Counted from the stretch's first letter, positions 30,287-41,000 are shown. The stretch: DNA of 64,000 nucleotides from Sphingobacteriales bacterium (GCA_018262795.1 JADFDM010000011.1:44143-108142), one strand, 5' to 3'. The notes: generated by a model not told the origin, from the sequence alone. A program made the numbers and translations.

Positions 30287-32518
30287 ATGAAAGCATCGGC
30301 TCCATTCATTTCTAAAGCAACATTTTTTCGTTTTTCGTTTTTACTACTTTGCTGCACTACCATTTTTATTTCATCCGCAGCACCGGAGGATACACTTACG
30401 CGATATGCAAATCCCATCATTGGCACTAAGGGGGTGTGGCTCTATGGCAGAACTACTCCTTTTGTAACCCCACCATTCGGGATGACCCACTGGACTGCCT
30501 GCACGAGGAATGGCCACCTTGGAGGGGCGGTTTATAACTACTACGATTCAAAAATCATCGGCTTTCGCGCCAGCCATAAGCCCGCTATGTGGATGGGCGA
30601 CTACGGTTATGTTACGCTGAAACCCGCAATGGGAGAAGCCTCTCTTTCGCTGCGGAAAAAGAAACTTTCTTTTCGTCACAAGAATGAAGTAGCAAGACCC
30701 TATTCCTATTCGGTGATATTGCGCCAAAACAATAACCGGATTACAACAGACCTCACTTCCACATCGCGCTGCGGAATACTTCGCTTTACTTTTGAGGGCA
30801 AAGAGCAGCCCTTGGTTTTTGTAGAAGCCAGCCAACAATTCGGTTTTGATGGATGGATAAAAATAGACACCGCTCGTCACGAAATTATTGGATGGAACAG
30901 CGACCGCCACAGCGCGCATCTGGGACCTCCCTTACCCAATTTCAAAGGCTATTTTGTGATTCAATTCAGCGAGCCGTTTGCCGCGTGGGGCGTGTGGAGT
31001 GGTGATACCATGCTGGCGGGAAAGTGGCAGCAACAATCGAATAAATGTGGAGCATGGGTTAGTTTTCGCAATGGCACCCATATAGTGCAGGCGACTACCG
31101 CTACTTCCTTTATCAGCATCGAGCAAGCACGCGAAAATGCGCAACGCGAAGTGGCCGGCAAAACTTTGGAGCAGGTGGAACGCGATACCAAAGCAGAGTG
31201 GAACAATTACTTGAGCCGTATTCAGATGGACAGTGCGACCCAAAAGCAAAAGGAAGTTTTTTATTCCGCCATGTATCATACACTTTTATTTCCCCGGCAA
31301 TTTTCCGAATATGGCCATTACTATAGTGCGTTTGATGACAAGATTCACAACGGTGTTTCATACAACGATTATTCGCTGTGGGATACTTACCGGGCCGAGC
31401 ATCCGCTTTTGATTCTTACTGCCCCCGAACAGGTGCCGGGAATGGTGCAATCGCTGGTACAGATGTATGAAGAAGGCGGCTACATGCCCAAGTGGCCCAA
31501 CCCCACTTACACCGGAATTATGATTGGCACCCATGCCGATGCCGTGATTGCCGATGCTGTGGTGAAAGGGGTAAAAGGATTCGATTTGCAAAAAGCATAT
31601 CAGGCATGTAGGAAAGATGCGATGGTGCCTTCGGAAGGGGATAGCCTAAAGCGCTGGGCCGACCGCGCCCCGTGGAGCAGCCCCGAAACTCGTGCGGGAT
31701 TGAGTTGGTATATGAAGCTCGGTTTTGTGCCGGCTGATAAAACCAATGAATCGGTTTCGAATACACTTGAAGGTGCGTACGATGATTTTTGCGTGGCGCA
31801 GGTGGCGAAGGCTGCCGGGCATTTAGAGGACTATAAATTGCTGCTGCAACGAAGCAAAAATTATGTAAACGTTTACAACACCGCTACCGGCAGAATGGCT
31901 CCGCGGAACGCTGATAGCACTTGGGCAAAAAATCGCAGGACGGGCTTTACGGAAGGCAGTCCCTGGACGTACCTTTTTGCCGTGCAGCAAGATATTCCCG
32001 GATTGATACAACTGATGGGTGGAAAGGAAACTTTTATCCGTAAGCTGAATATGAATTTCCGCTGCTGGCGCTATTGGCACGAGAACGAGCCGGGGCATCA
32101 CTACACTTATTTGTACGACTATGCCGGTGAGCCGTGGAAAACACAGAAGATGGTAGCGAAATACCGCAGCCTAAAATACCACAACACCCCTCACGGCCTC
32201 ACCGGTGATGATGACTGCGGACAAATGAGTGCCTGGTATATTTTCAGTGCGCTTGGTTTTTATCCCGTGACTCCGGGCACCGATGTTTATGCTATCGGCA
32301 CTCCTGAATTTCCCAAAGCCACTATTTATTTTGATCCGAAAAACAGGGAGGAGAAATTTGAAATTATTGCCAATCATGTTTCGCGCAGAAACAAATACAT
32401 ACAATCTGTTTCGCTGAACGGAAAAAAATTAGAAGAACCCTTTCTGCATCATGCAGATATTATAAGCGGAGGAAAATTGGAATTTGAAATGGGAGCAAAG
32501 CCGAAGAAGGGTTGGTAG
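30287..32518 (+). CDS. GH92 family alpha-mannosidase
   Basis: PFGM, SLWDTYRAEHPL, MIGTHAD, NEPGHH, GDDDCGQMSAWY. Confidence 0.93.
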   Translation: MKASAPFISKATFFRFSFLLLCCTTIFISSAAPEDTLTRYANPIIGTKGVWLYGRTTPFVTPPFGMTHWTACTRNGHLGGAVYNYYDSKIIGFRASHKPAMWMGDYGYVTLKPAMGEASLSLRKKKLSFRHKNEVARPYSYSVILRQNNNRITTDLTSTSRCGILRFTFEGKEQPLVFVEASQQFGFDGWIKIDTARHEIIGWNSDRHSAHLGPPLPNFKGYFVIQFSEPFAAWGVWSGDTMLAGKWQQQSNKCGAWVSFRNGTHIVQATTATSFISIEQARENAQREVAGKTLEQVERDTKAEWNNYLSRIQMDSATQKQKEVFYSAMYHTLLFPRQFSEYGHYYSAFDDKIHNGVSYNDYSLWDTYRAEHPLLILTAPEQVPGMVQSLVQMYEEGGYMPKWPNPTYTGIMIGTHADAVIADAVVKGVKGFDLQKAYQACRKDAMVPSEGDSLKRWADRAPWSSPETRAGLSWYMKLGFVPADKTNESVSNTLEGAYDDFCVAQVAKAAGHLEDYKLLLQRSKNYVNVYNTATGRMAPRNADSTWAKNRRTGFTEGSPWTYLFAVQQDIPGLIQLMGGKETFIRKLNMNFRCWRYWHENEPGHHYTYLYDYAGEPWKTQKMVAKYRSLKYHNTPHGLTGDDDCGQMSAWYIFSALGFYPVTPGTDVYAIGTPEFPKATIYFDPKNREEKFEIIANHVSRRNKYIQSVSLNGKKLEEPFLHHADIISGGKLEFEMGAKPKKGW
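32431..32518 (+). repeat. Direct repeat copy 1 (GH92 3' end)
   Basis: 74/88 identical to 38730-38817, ungapped. Confidence 0.85.
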
Positions 32519-32580
32519 TGTTGCTACGACTGCTATTGCTTCCAACTGATTTAAATCAGCTAATTGCATTTTGTAATGCT

Positions 32581-32588
32581 TATCTTTG
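32581..32588 (+). promoter_or_regulatory. Bacteroidota primary-sigma -7 box
   Basis: TATCTTTG matches TAnnTTTG, ending 5 nt before GTG at 32594. Confidence 0.6.
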
Positions 32589-32593
32589 CAGCC

Positions 32594-32977
32594 GTGAAGC
32601 GCATTTTCGCCATTTCTCTTTTATGTATTACTCTGTTCTCGCAAACAGAATTTTATCAGTTTTTGAAACTGCCGATATTGTTTAAGCATTTTACAGAACA
32701 CCGCGCTAATAACCACAGCATCTCTTTTGCAGAATTTTTGGTCATCCATTATGTCAATCCTGATCAAAACGATGCTGACCACGACCGTGATAAGCAGTTG
32801 CCTTTCAAATCGAATGATTGCATACAAAGTTCTTTACTCACAGTTTTTATTCCGGCTAATTACAGCATTGAGATAACGGCACCTGCTGTTCTTTCGATTC
32901 AACCCGCTCCTGCTATGGCAGACTGGGTTCCCTCCATTCACGTAGCCGACATTTGGCAACCGCCAAGAATTTCTTAA
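32594..32977 (+). CDS. Small His-containing membrane leader protein upstream of czcA, ending WQPPR
   Basis: Hydrophobic N-terminus, HFTEH, HY, DADHDRDKQLPFK, C-terminal DIWQPPRIS; probable GTG start. Confidence 0.75.
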   Translation: MKRIFAISLLCITLFSQTEFYQFLKLPILFKHFTEHRANNHSISFAEFLVIHYVNPDQNDADHDRDKQLPFKSNDCIQSSLLTVFIPANYSIEITAPAVLSIQPAPAMADWVPSIHVADIWQPPRIS

Positions 32978-33071
32978 TCGTTTCTCACTTTTTCATGTGA
33001 AGGGGCAACGGATATTTTCGGTTGTGCAGTAGCATGCGTTGAATTATTTTTTACGATTAAGCAAATTTATT

Positions 33072-36000
33072 ATGCTCGAAAAAATCATTGGATTTTCAAT
33101 CCACAATAAATTAATCATTGGCATTTTTACGCTGGCACTGGTGGCATGGGGAGGTTACAGTGTTACCCAACTGCCAATAGATGCGGTACCTGACATCACT
33201 GATAATCAGGTACAGGTAATTACAGTAACCCCATCGCTGGGCGCACCGGATGTAGAGCGGCTCATCACTTTCCCTATTGAACAAGCCAACAGCAATATTC
33301 CGGGACTGAAAAAAATAAGAAGCTTTTCTCGTTTCGGTTTATCGCTCGTTACCATCGTGTTTAATGATGATGTAGATATTTACTGGGCGCGCCAGCAAGT
33401 AAATGAGCGGTTGCAGCAAGTGCAGACCGAAATTCCTGCTGGTATGGGAGTGCCTTCGATGGCACCGGTTACTACCGGACTGGGAGAAATTTATCAGTAT
33501 GTGGTAAAAACCAAGCCCGGCTATCAAGATAAATATTCTGTTACCGATTTAAGAACCATTCAGGATTGGGTGGTGCGAAGACAGTTGCTCGGCACCAAGG
33601 GCGTAGCCGATGTTTCCAGCTTTGGCGGCTTGCTGAAACAATATGAAGTAGCGGTAAGTCCGGCAAAGCTGAAATCAATGAACGTGACTATGAACGAGGT
33701 GTTTACTGCCTTAGAAAATAATAATCAAAATACCGGTGGCGCTTACATTGAAAAAGGGCCTACGGTGCTTTATATCCGCAGCGAAGGTTTGGCGGGAACC
33801 ATTTCTGACATTGAAAACATGCTAGTGAAAACAACGGCATCAGGTATGCCGGTAATGATTCGCGATGTGGGAACCGTGCAAATAGGTGCCGCTACTCGCT
33901 ATGGGGCTATGTGCTACAATAATGAAGGGGAAGTAGCCGGTGCGGTGGTGATGATGCTGAAAGGAGAGAACTCCTCAAAGGTTATCAAAGAGGTGAAAGA
34001 GAAAATTGCGGAGATTCAAAAATCACTTCCCGAAGGAATTGAAATTGAGCCTTTCCTCGATCGCACTAAAATGGTAAATAATGCGATCGGTACCGTAGAA
34101 ACCAATCTGATGGAAGGAGCACTGATTGTGCTTTTTGTGCTGGTGTTTTTCCTGGCAAATATCAGAGCGGGTTTGCTGGTGGCTTCGCTCATTCCTTTGT
34201 CTATGCTGTTTGCAGTGGTGATGATGAATTTTTTCGGAGTGGGCGGCAACCTGATGAGCTTGGGAGCGATTGACTTTGGTTTAATTGTAGATGGCGCGGT
34301 GATTATTGTAGAAGCCGTGATGCACCAACTGACCCATAGCAAGTTCTTTCAAAACACTTTGCAACTCACGCAAAAGGAAATGGATGAAGAAGTGCAACAT
34401 TCCTCTTCACGTATTATGAACTCGGCTGTGTTCGGGCAAATTATTATTCTGATTGTGTACTTACCCATTCTTTCCCTATCGGGCATCGAAGGGAAAATGT
34501 TTAAGCCAATGGCACAAACAGTTTCCTTCGCCATACTCGGAGCATTTATTCTTTCGCTCACTTATGTGCCGATGATGAGTGCATTGTTTTTGAGCAAGAA
34601 AATCAAGCATAAGAAAACTATTTCAGACCGTTTGATGAATACGCTCGAAAAGTGGTATCAACATCTGCTGGAGCGCGTGCTTAATTTCCCCAAAACTGTA
34701 GTGGCAACTGCTCTACTTATATTCATTGCTTCTGCTTTGCTGATGTCAACGCTCGGGGGTGAATTTATTCCTGAATTAGAGGAAGGTGATTTTGCGGTGG
34801 ATACCCGAGTACTTACCGGTAGCAGCTTAACCACCACTATTGCTTCTACCCAGCAGGCAGCAAATATTCTGCTCCAACAATTTCCCGAAGTTCAAAAAGT
34901 AGTTACCAAAATAGGCAGTGGAGAAATACCTACCGATCCAATGCCTATGGAAGCTGCCGATATGATGGTGATTTTGAAACCGAAGAAGGAGTGGACTTCT
35001 GCCAAAACATTCGATGAACTGGCAGAGAAAATGGGGAGAGCGGTAGAAGATGTTCCGGGCATTACCACCGGATTTCAATTCCCTGTGCAGATGCGTTTTA
35101 ATGAGTTAATGACAGGAGCCAGACAAGATGTGGTGTGTAAAATTTTTGGGGAAGATTTAGATACACTTGCTGCTTATGCCGAAAAACTGGGCGCTGTAAT
35201 TTCACCGGTAGAAGGAGCGAAGGATTTATATGTAGAACCGATTACCGGTATGCCGCAAATTGTAGTGAACTACAATCGTGCGTCCATTGCTAAATATGGC
35301 TTAAATGTGAATGATGTAAACCGTACCCTTAATGCTGCTTTTGCAGGGCAAGTTGCCGGGTTGGTTTATGAGGGGGAGAAGCATTTTGATTTGGTGGTGC
35401 GCGTGCAGGATAATTTGCGGAAAAATCTAAGCGATGTGCAGGATCTTTTAATTGCCACAGCTTCGGGGGCACAGGTTCCTTTAAACCAATTAGCAGAGGT
35501 AACTATTGTCAACGGGCCGAACCAGATTCAACGGGAGGATACCAGAAGGAGAATCATTGTTGGGTTTAATGTGCGGGGACGCGATGTGCAGAGTGTGGTA
35601 GAGGAATTGCAGAAAATAGTAGAAACACAAATAAAGTTACCGGTCGGCTATTCCATTACCTATGGAGGTTCGTTCGAAAACCTGACGGAAGCAAAGCAAC
35701 GGTTAGAAATCGCTTTGCCGGTCGCGCTGTTACTCATCTTCCTACTGCTTTATTTTGCTTTTAATTCTATCGGAGAAGGGATTCTGATTTTTACAGCTAT
35801 TCCACTTTCCGCTGTAGGCGGTATTGTGGCTTTGTGGCTGCGCGATATGTCGTTCAGTATTTCAGCAGGAATTGGTTTTATTGCCTTGTTTGGCGTAGCC
35901 GTGCTCAATGGCATTGTGCTGATTGCGGAATTTAATCGTTTGCGCGATGAAGGCTGGAAAGACGTTCGCAAAATAGTGATACAGGGCACCAAAATTCGTT

Positions 36001-37466
36001 TGCGCTCTGTATTGATGACTGCGCTGGCTCCTTCGCTGGGCTTCATCCCAATGGCATTTAGTACCGGTGCGGGTGCCGAAGTGCAACGCCCACTCGCCAC
36101 CGTAGTTATTGGAGGAATTGTGAGTGCCACTTTACTTACGTTGCTTGTTCTTCCGGTATTGTATGTGGCATTCATGAAAATTAAAGCAAAGCAGGAAGCG
36201 AAAGGCAATCCGAGCGATGTTCATTTGAATATTCCACCGCTTGCTTCGGTGCTGTTATTGTTTTTGGGATTAAGTGTTTCAAGCATTGCGTATTCTCAGA
36301 ACACTATCTCGCTTCAGCAGGCCATAGATTCTTCAATGAAGCAAAACCTGTCGGTGCAAACTTCTATACTCAAAACGAAATCAGCCAAGAAATTAGAAGG
36401 CAGTGCTTGGGATATTCCTTTCACCAATGCTTCTTTCGAATACGGCCAAATGAACAGCCTCCTGAACGATAGTCGTTTTGGTATTTCGCAGAGCATTTCA
36501 TTTCCGCTGGTGTATGTTAGGCAAAAACAGGTGTATGCTTCGCAAACAGAAAGCAATGCACTGAGCGAAAAACTAATTCGCCAAACCTTGCAAAGGCAAA
36601 TTACTTCTGTTTACTACGAGATGCTTTTACTGAACGAGAGGAAAAAACTTTTGCAACAAGCGGATAGCCTCTTCGCTGCTTTTCTGCAAAAGCAAGAACA
36701 ACGGTTTGCGGTAGGAGATGCGAATATTTTAGAAAAAACAGCAGCCGAATCGCAGCGAATGCAGGTGGCTAACCAAGTAGAACAAGTGAGAGCAGATTAC
36801 AAATCTCTTCAAGTCTATTTGAGTCGCTTGATGAATACAAACGCCTTATACGACCCTGCAAATATTACCGTAAAAATGGAAGTGACTACTTTGCCCGACT
36901 CCTCCTCTCTTAGTAGTTTACCCTATTTGAAATGGAAAAAGCAAGAGGAGGAAATAGCGCGAAAAGAATGGCAATTAAGTCGTGCTCGCTTATCGCCTCA
37001 ACTGAGTGTGGGGTATAACAACCAGTCTATTCGCGGTGGCATGGATGTAAACGGCACGGAAATATTCTATACCGGATCAAAACGTTTTTCATCGGTGATC
37101 GCAGGGTTGAATATTCCTTTGTTTTTTAACGCGGCTCATGCGCGAAATGCTTCTTCAAAAATTAATTATGACAGGATGAAGAACGATTATGCCGATGCGC
37201 TGCAAAAGCAGCAAACAGAGCTGCAACAACTTATAATCAACATTGAAAAGAGCAAACAACAGTTGCAATACTTTGAGTCGGGTGCTTTAAAGCAATCGAA
37301 AGTTTTATCCGACAACGCCACCTTGCAATACAACAGCGGGGCCATCAGTTATCTCGAATGGCTGATGCTGGTTCATCAGTCTATCGGTATTCAATCCGAT
37401 TATCTGAATGCCATTGGTGAGTGGAACAAAAACATTATTGAGCTTCATTCTTATTCAAACCAGTAA
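33072..37466 (+). CDS. CusA/CzcA heavy-metal RND pump fused to a C-terminal TolC-like domain
   Basis: LPIDAVPDIT, GAIDFGLIVDG, GAEVQRPLATVVIGG, then about 400 aa of outer-membrane-efflux-like domain. Confidence 0.93.
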   Translation: MLEKIIGFSIHNKLIIGIFTLALVAWGGYSVTQLPIDAVPDITDNQVQVITVTPSLGAPDVERLITFPIEQANSNIPGLKKIRSFSRFGLSLVTIVFNDDVDIYWARQQVNERLQQVQTEIPAGMGVPSMAPVTTGLGEIYQYVVKTKPGYQDKYSVTDLRTIQDWVVRRQLLGTKGVADVSSFGGLLKQYEVAVSPAKLKSMNVTMNEVFTALENNNQNTGGAYIEKGPTVLYIRSEGLAGTISDIENMLVKTTASGMPVMIRDVGTVQIGAATRYGAMCYNNEGEVAGAVVMMLKGENSSKVIKEVKEKIAEIQKSLPEGIEIEPFLDRTKMVNNAIGTVETNLMEGALIVLFVLVFFLANIRAGLLVASLIPLSMLFAVVMMNFFGVGGNLMSLGAIDFGLIVDGAVIIVEAVMHQLTHSKFFQNTLQLTQKEMDEEVQHSSSRIMNSAVFGQIIILIVYLPILSLSGIEGKMFKPMAQTVSFAILGAFILSLTYVPMMSALFLSKKIKHKKTISDRLMNTLEKWYQHLLERVLNFPKTVVATALLIFIASALLMSTLGGEFIPELEEGDFAVDTRVLTGSSLTTTIASTQQAANILLQQFPEVQKVVTKIGSGEIPTDPMPMEAADMMVILKPKKEWTSAKTFDELAEKMGRAVEDVPGITTGFQFPVQMRFNELMTGARQDVVCKIFGEDLDTLAAYAEKLGAVISPVEGAKDLYVEPITGMPQIVVNYNRASIAKYGLNVNDVNRTLNAAFAGQVAGLVYEGEKHFDLVVRVQDNLRKNLSDVQDLLIATASGAQVPLNQLAEVTIVNGPNQIQREDTRRRIIVGFNVRGRDVQSVVEELQKIVETQIKLPVGYSITYGGSFENLTEAKQRLEIALPVALLLIFLLLYFAFNSIGEGILIFTAIPLSAVGGIVALWLRDMSFSISAGIGFIALFGVAVLNGIVLIAEFNRLRDEGWKDVRKIVIQGTKIRLRSVLMTALAPSLGFIPMAFSTGAGAEVQRPLATVVIGGIVSATLLTLLVLPVLYVAFMKIKAKQEAKGNPSDVHLNIPPLASVLLLFLGLSVSSIAYSQNTISLQQAIDSSMKQNLSVQTSILKTKSAKKLEGSAWDIPFTNASFEYGQMNSLLNDSRFGISQSISFPLVYVRQKQVYASQTESNALSEKLIRQTLQRQITSVYYEMLLLNERKKLLQQADSLFAAFLQKQEQRFAVGDANILEKTAAESQRMQVANQVEQVRADYKSLQVYLSRLMNTNALYDPANITVKMEVTTLPDSSSLSSLPYLKWKKQEEEIARKEWQLSRARLSPQLSVGYNNQSIRGGMDVNGTEIFYTGSKRFSSVIAGLNIPLFFNAAHARNASSKINYDRMKNDYADALQKQQTELQQLIINIEKSKQQLQYFESGALKQSKVLSDNATLQYNSGAISYLEWLMLVHQSIGIQSDYLNAIGEWNKNIIELHSYSNQ

Positions 37467-37476
37467 AAAAAAAATC

Positions 37477-38604
37477 ATGAAAAATATACTCATCATCATC
37501 ATTGCACTTTCACTTTTCAGTTGCGGACACGAAACCGCTCCAAAAGAAACTGCGAGTGAACCCGTCACCGAAACTTTAGTAACGCTGACAGAAGCACAAA
37601 TTAAGAATGCGGGCATTCAGACCGGTAAGCCCGAAATGAAAACCATCCACGCTCTGCTGAAAGTGAACGGAGTGGTAGATGTGCCACCTCAAAATTTGAT
37701 CTCTGTCAGTTTTCCTTTGGGTGGATTTTTGAAAAGCACAGCGCTGCTACCCGGAATGAAAATTTCGAAAGGACAAGCAATTGCTGTAATGGAAAACGAG
37801 TCGTTTATTCAACTCGAACAGGATTATCTGATAGCGAAGTCGAAGTTAGAGTTTTTGCAAAAGGAATTTGATCGCCAACAGTTGCTGAACGAAACGAAGA
37901 GTACCAGCGATAAAGCATTTGAACAAACGCAAAGTGAGTATCGCGCACAAAAAATCACAGTCAGCAGCTTGCGCGAAAAACTATTATTGATTGGTGTGAA
38001 TCCCGATAAACTGAACGAAAATAACATCAGTCGTACTGTGAATATTTCGTCTCCTATCAATGGGTACGTTTCTGCTGTGAATGTGAATGTAGGTAAGTAC
38101 GTGAATCCTACTGATGTGCTTTTCGAGTTGGTGAATCCTTCTGATCTTCACCTTGCACTTACTGTTTTTGAAAAGGATTTAGCCTCGGTTCAGCCCGGTC
38201 AAAATGTAAAAGCGAGTTTATCTAACAAGCCCTCCGAAATTTTTGACGCTAAAATAATTCTAGTAGGGAAGAAATTAGATGATAGCAGAAGCGCATTGGT
38301 GCATTGCCATTTTATAAATGCTAACCACAATTTATTGCCGGGTATGTTTCTGAATGCAGAGATAGAAGTGACAAATAAAGCGGCTATCACGGTGCCCGAA
38401 GAAGCCGTAGTACAGATGGGCGATAAGCAATTTGTATTCTTAGATAAAGGCCAAAACCGGTTTGAGATGAGTGAAGTAAAAACAGGTATGGTGGGGGAAG
38501 GATTGATTCAAATCAGTTCGGATGAAGCAGATTTGTTGAATCAACTTGTGATTACCAAAAATGCTTACGCTGCGCTAATGAAATTGAGCAATAAAGCGGA
38601 ATGA
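37477..38604 (+). CDS. RND efflux periplasmic adaptor (CzcB-like lipoprotein)
   Basis: Lipobox FSC, SPINGYV, LLPGMF, VPEEAVV. Confidence 0.9.
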   Translation: MKNILIIIIALSLFSCGHETAPKETASEPVTETLVTLTEAQIKNAGIQTGKPEMKTIHALLKVNGVVDVPPQNLISVSFPLGGFLKSTALLPGMKISKGQAIAVMENESFIQLEQDYLIAKSKLEFLQKEFDRQQLLNETKSTSDKAFEQTQSEYRAQKITVSSLREKLLLIGVNPDKLNENNISRTVNISSPINGYVSAVNVNVGKYVNPTDVLFELVNPSDLHLALTVFEKDLASVQPGQNVKASLSNKPSEIFDAKIILVGKKLDDSRSALVHCHFINANHNLLPGMFLNAEIEVTNKAAITVPEEAVVQMGDKQFVFLDKGQNRFEMSEVKTGMVGEGLIQISSDEADLLNQLVITKNAYAALMKLSNKAE

Positions 38605-38639
38605 TTTAAAGATACGCAGAGAAAAGTGTCACTCTAAAG

Positions 38640-38725
38640 TGATTGGTTGTAAACGTGCTACAACCAGTCAGTCTCATTTAGTTGTGTATTTTTTTCATTG
38701 CCGTCTGCTTTAGCCTACGGCAATG
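38640..38725. repeat. Two REP-like palindromes
   Basis: tgattggttgta/tacaaccagtca (38640-38670) and cattgccgt/acggcaatg (38696-38725). Confidence 0.55.
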
Positions 38726-38729
38726 ATTA

Positions 38730-38817
38730 AGAAGAATACTTTCTGCCCCATGCCGATATTATCAACGGAGGAACGATTGAATTTGAAATGGGAGCAAAGC
38801 CGAAGAAGAGTTGGTGA
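38730..38817 (+). pseudogene. Remnant duplicate of GH92 C-terminus (direct repeat copy 2)
   Basis: Translates EEYFLPHADIINGGTIEFEMGAKPKKSW* versus GH92 EEPFLHHADIISGGKLEFEMGAKPKKGW*. Confidence 0.85.
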
Positions 38818-38957
38818 ATTATTTACTGCTGGCAGCTATCCTCTGTCAAAATATTTCGGGCAACCTTGCGAGTCTTCACTTCAACAAAAATCGAATTGCT
38901 TTTTAATTAGCAGTTATATTCCGCAGCCGTTAAAAATTTATTACGCAGTTACTCGCC

Positions 38958-41000
38958 TTACCGGTTAAAGGCATAGCTTAAAGAGAGCACCATATTTCTT
39001 CCCGGACGAGAAATGTTTCCCCAATCTAAATGCTCGCGATAGTTTTTATCTAACACATTTTCTACCGCAAAATTTATACTTAGAAAGTGGGTGTTAAGAT
39101 TCAGTTTGTAGCCGGTGCGCAAATGCAGCAAACCGTATGCAGGGGTGGTTTGTTCTCCCGCCTCGGTGTTTACTCTCTTTTGCGCTAAGGCCCATTCGCC
39201 TTCCACCTGCAGGTACCACCCTTTTATGGTATAGCGAAGGGTATGAAAACATTTTAAAGGAGGAACCAGCGGAAGCGGCTCTCCGTTTACAAGTTCCGCG
39301 TAGCTATATTTTAGAGTATGCAAACTCTGAAAGCCCTTCGTTTCATTCAAAACTATTTTAGCCTCCACCCCGGCAATGCGCGCTTGGCCCCTATTGGAAT
39401 ACTTCTTTACTCCGAGCGCTCCATCAGTCATAGGATAAAAATCTTTCTGAATACTCCCCATCATGTAGTTGAACAAATGATGGTAGTACACCGTGTAGTT
39501 TACATTCACATATTTACTTTCAAATCCTCCATTCCATTCTGCTTGAAGCGAGCGTTCATTTTTAAGTGGGGCATTGCCCAGATAGTCGTACCCATCGAAC
39601 CGATTATATAGGTAAAAGCCAAACAATTCGTTCGCATTGGCCGAGCGCTCGCCATAAGCTACCGTAACTCCTGATGAAAAATACTTGGCAAAGGTGGCCG
39701 TGTAAATAGCATTCACCGAAGGCACAAACCGATGGATTGGCTGACCGGCCTCCGCATCAAATATCTTTGCCTGACTAATTCCAAAATTAGAAGTGATAGA
39801 AGCCCGCATATACTCCGCACGAGCACTGAACTGAATACTTTGATTGGGCGCAATGGCATACACATCGGCCACATAAACTCCCGCAAAATGCCGTTGGTTA
39901 TCGGGTAGCGTAAGCATAAACATAGGCGATGCCCCCACGGGATACATGGTCATCTCTGCCTTTGAAAAGTTGCTGGCATAATCGGCTCTTACTTTCAAGT
40001 TATTTCGCTTTCCGGCTTGTAAGTTTAAATGAGTGTAAGCCCCCAGCGTGTAGCTCCACCCCGGCATATCCATGTGCATGGCTACATTCTCCCGATGCGT
40101 GTCGTCCATCGCATGGTAAATGTGATTGAAATAGATTTTTGTTTCTACGTTTTGAATGTTCCCGCTTGCAGGGTTCCAAAAGTGTGTAAGCGAAGCAATA
40201 TTCGCACTGGCTTTTCCGGCATCCATCGCCAAGGCTGGGTAGCCGATGTTCCATCCCATGTCGCCCACATAATCGGCTACTAATTTTTGCTCTTTCGGCA
40301 ATCGAAAAGCCAGAGAAGCTCCGTAATTACTTTTTTCATAGGCGGAATGCGGAACTCGTTTATTGCCTCCGGCCTTGTAGTCAAACGCTTTGCGATAGGT
40401 GCCGTTTATTCTAAAAGCCACCTTATCGAAACTCATATTCAGCGAAGTGCCGGCATTCACTGCATTGTTAATGCTATTGTAAGATACGTTGGCAGTTAGG
40501 TAAGTAGAATGGCAGTGCGAAAACTCAGCTTGTTTCATCACCATATCAATTTCCCCTCCCACGGTGGAACCATTTTCATTCCCTGCGGCTCCCTGCTTGG
40601 TGCTAATGTTTTGCAGGTTATTGGGTTCAATGTAACTGGTAGCCGGATCCATTTTGTCGGTGCAGGCACCATAAATTCGCATCCCATTAATGGTCAGATT
40701 AATTTGCCCGGCCGAATAAACTCGTAGCACCGGCTCTAAGCCATAAGCACCGCGCTTCATCAGCGACACGCCCATCATTCTCGCCAGAATATCTTCAGTA
40801 GTAGATAGCCTATTCGGTTTATAAAAATTGGAGGCTTGATCGTTCGCATTGCCGTGAGGTTGATCACAAATAATAACCTCCCTCAACTGTAGTGTTTTTG
40901 TTTCGAATGAATCTGCCACAGAAAGGTCTTGCTGGGCAACGCTTCGGAGAAGCGTTGCCTGCAAAATCAATAAAAGCAGTAAGCGTACCAAGCGTTTCAT
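38958..41000 (-). CDS. TonB-dependent receptor, OprC/copper-transporter-like
   Basis: Plug GACTDKMDP (CxxxM), HAMDD, AMHMDMPGW; C-terminal ENVLDKNY...PGRN. Confidence 0.8.
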   Translation of the reverse strand: MKRLVRLLLLLILQATLLRSVAQQDLSVADSFETKTLQLREVIICDQPHGNANDQASNFYKPNRLSTTEDILARMMGVSLMKRGAYGLEPVLRVYSAGQINLTINGMRIYGACTDKMDPATSYIEPNNLQNISTKQGAAGNENGSTVGGEIDMVMKQAEFSHCHSTYLTANVSYNSINNAVNAGTSLNMSFDKVAFRINGTYRKAFDYKAGGNKRVPHSAYEKSNYGASLAFRLPKEQKLVADYVGDMGWNIGYPALAMDAGKASANIASLTHFWNPASGNIQNVETKIYFNHIYHAMDDTHRENVAMHMDMPGWSYTLGAYTHLNLQAGKRNNLKVRADYASNFSKAEMTMYPVGASPMFMLTLPDNQRHFAGVYVADVYAIAPNQSIQFSARAEYMRASITSNFGISQAKIFDAEAGQPIHRFVPSVNAIYTATFAKYFSSGVTVAYGERSANANELFGFYLYNRFDGYDYLGNAPLKNERSLQAEWNGGFESKYVNVNYTVYYHHLFNYMMGSIQKDFYPMTDGALGVKKYSNRGQARIAGVEAKIVLNETKGFQSLHTLKYSYAELVNGEPLPLVPPLKCFHTLRYTIKGWYLQVEGEWALAQKRVNTEAGEQTTPAYGLLHLRTGYKLNLNTHFLSINFAVENVLDKNYREHLDWGNISRPGRNMVLSLSYAFNR

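Noticed and set aside
38723..38968. 81-aa ORF after czcB
   Set aside because: Off-frame reading of the duplicated GH92 3' end.
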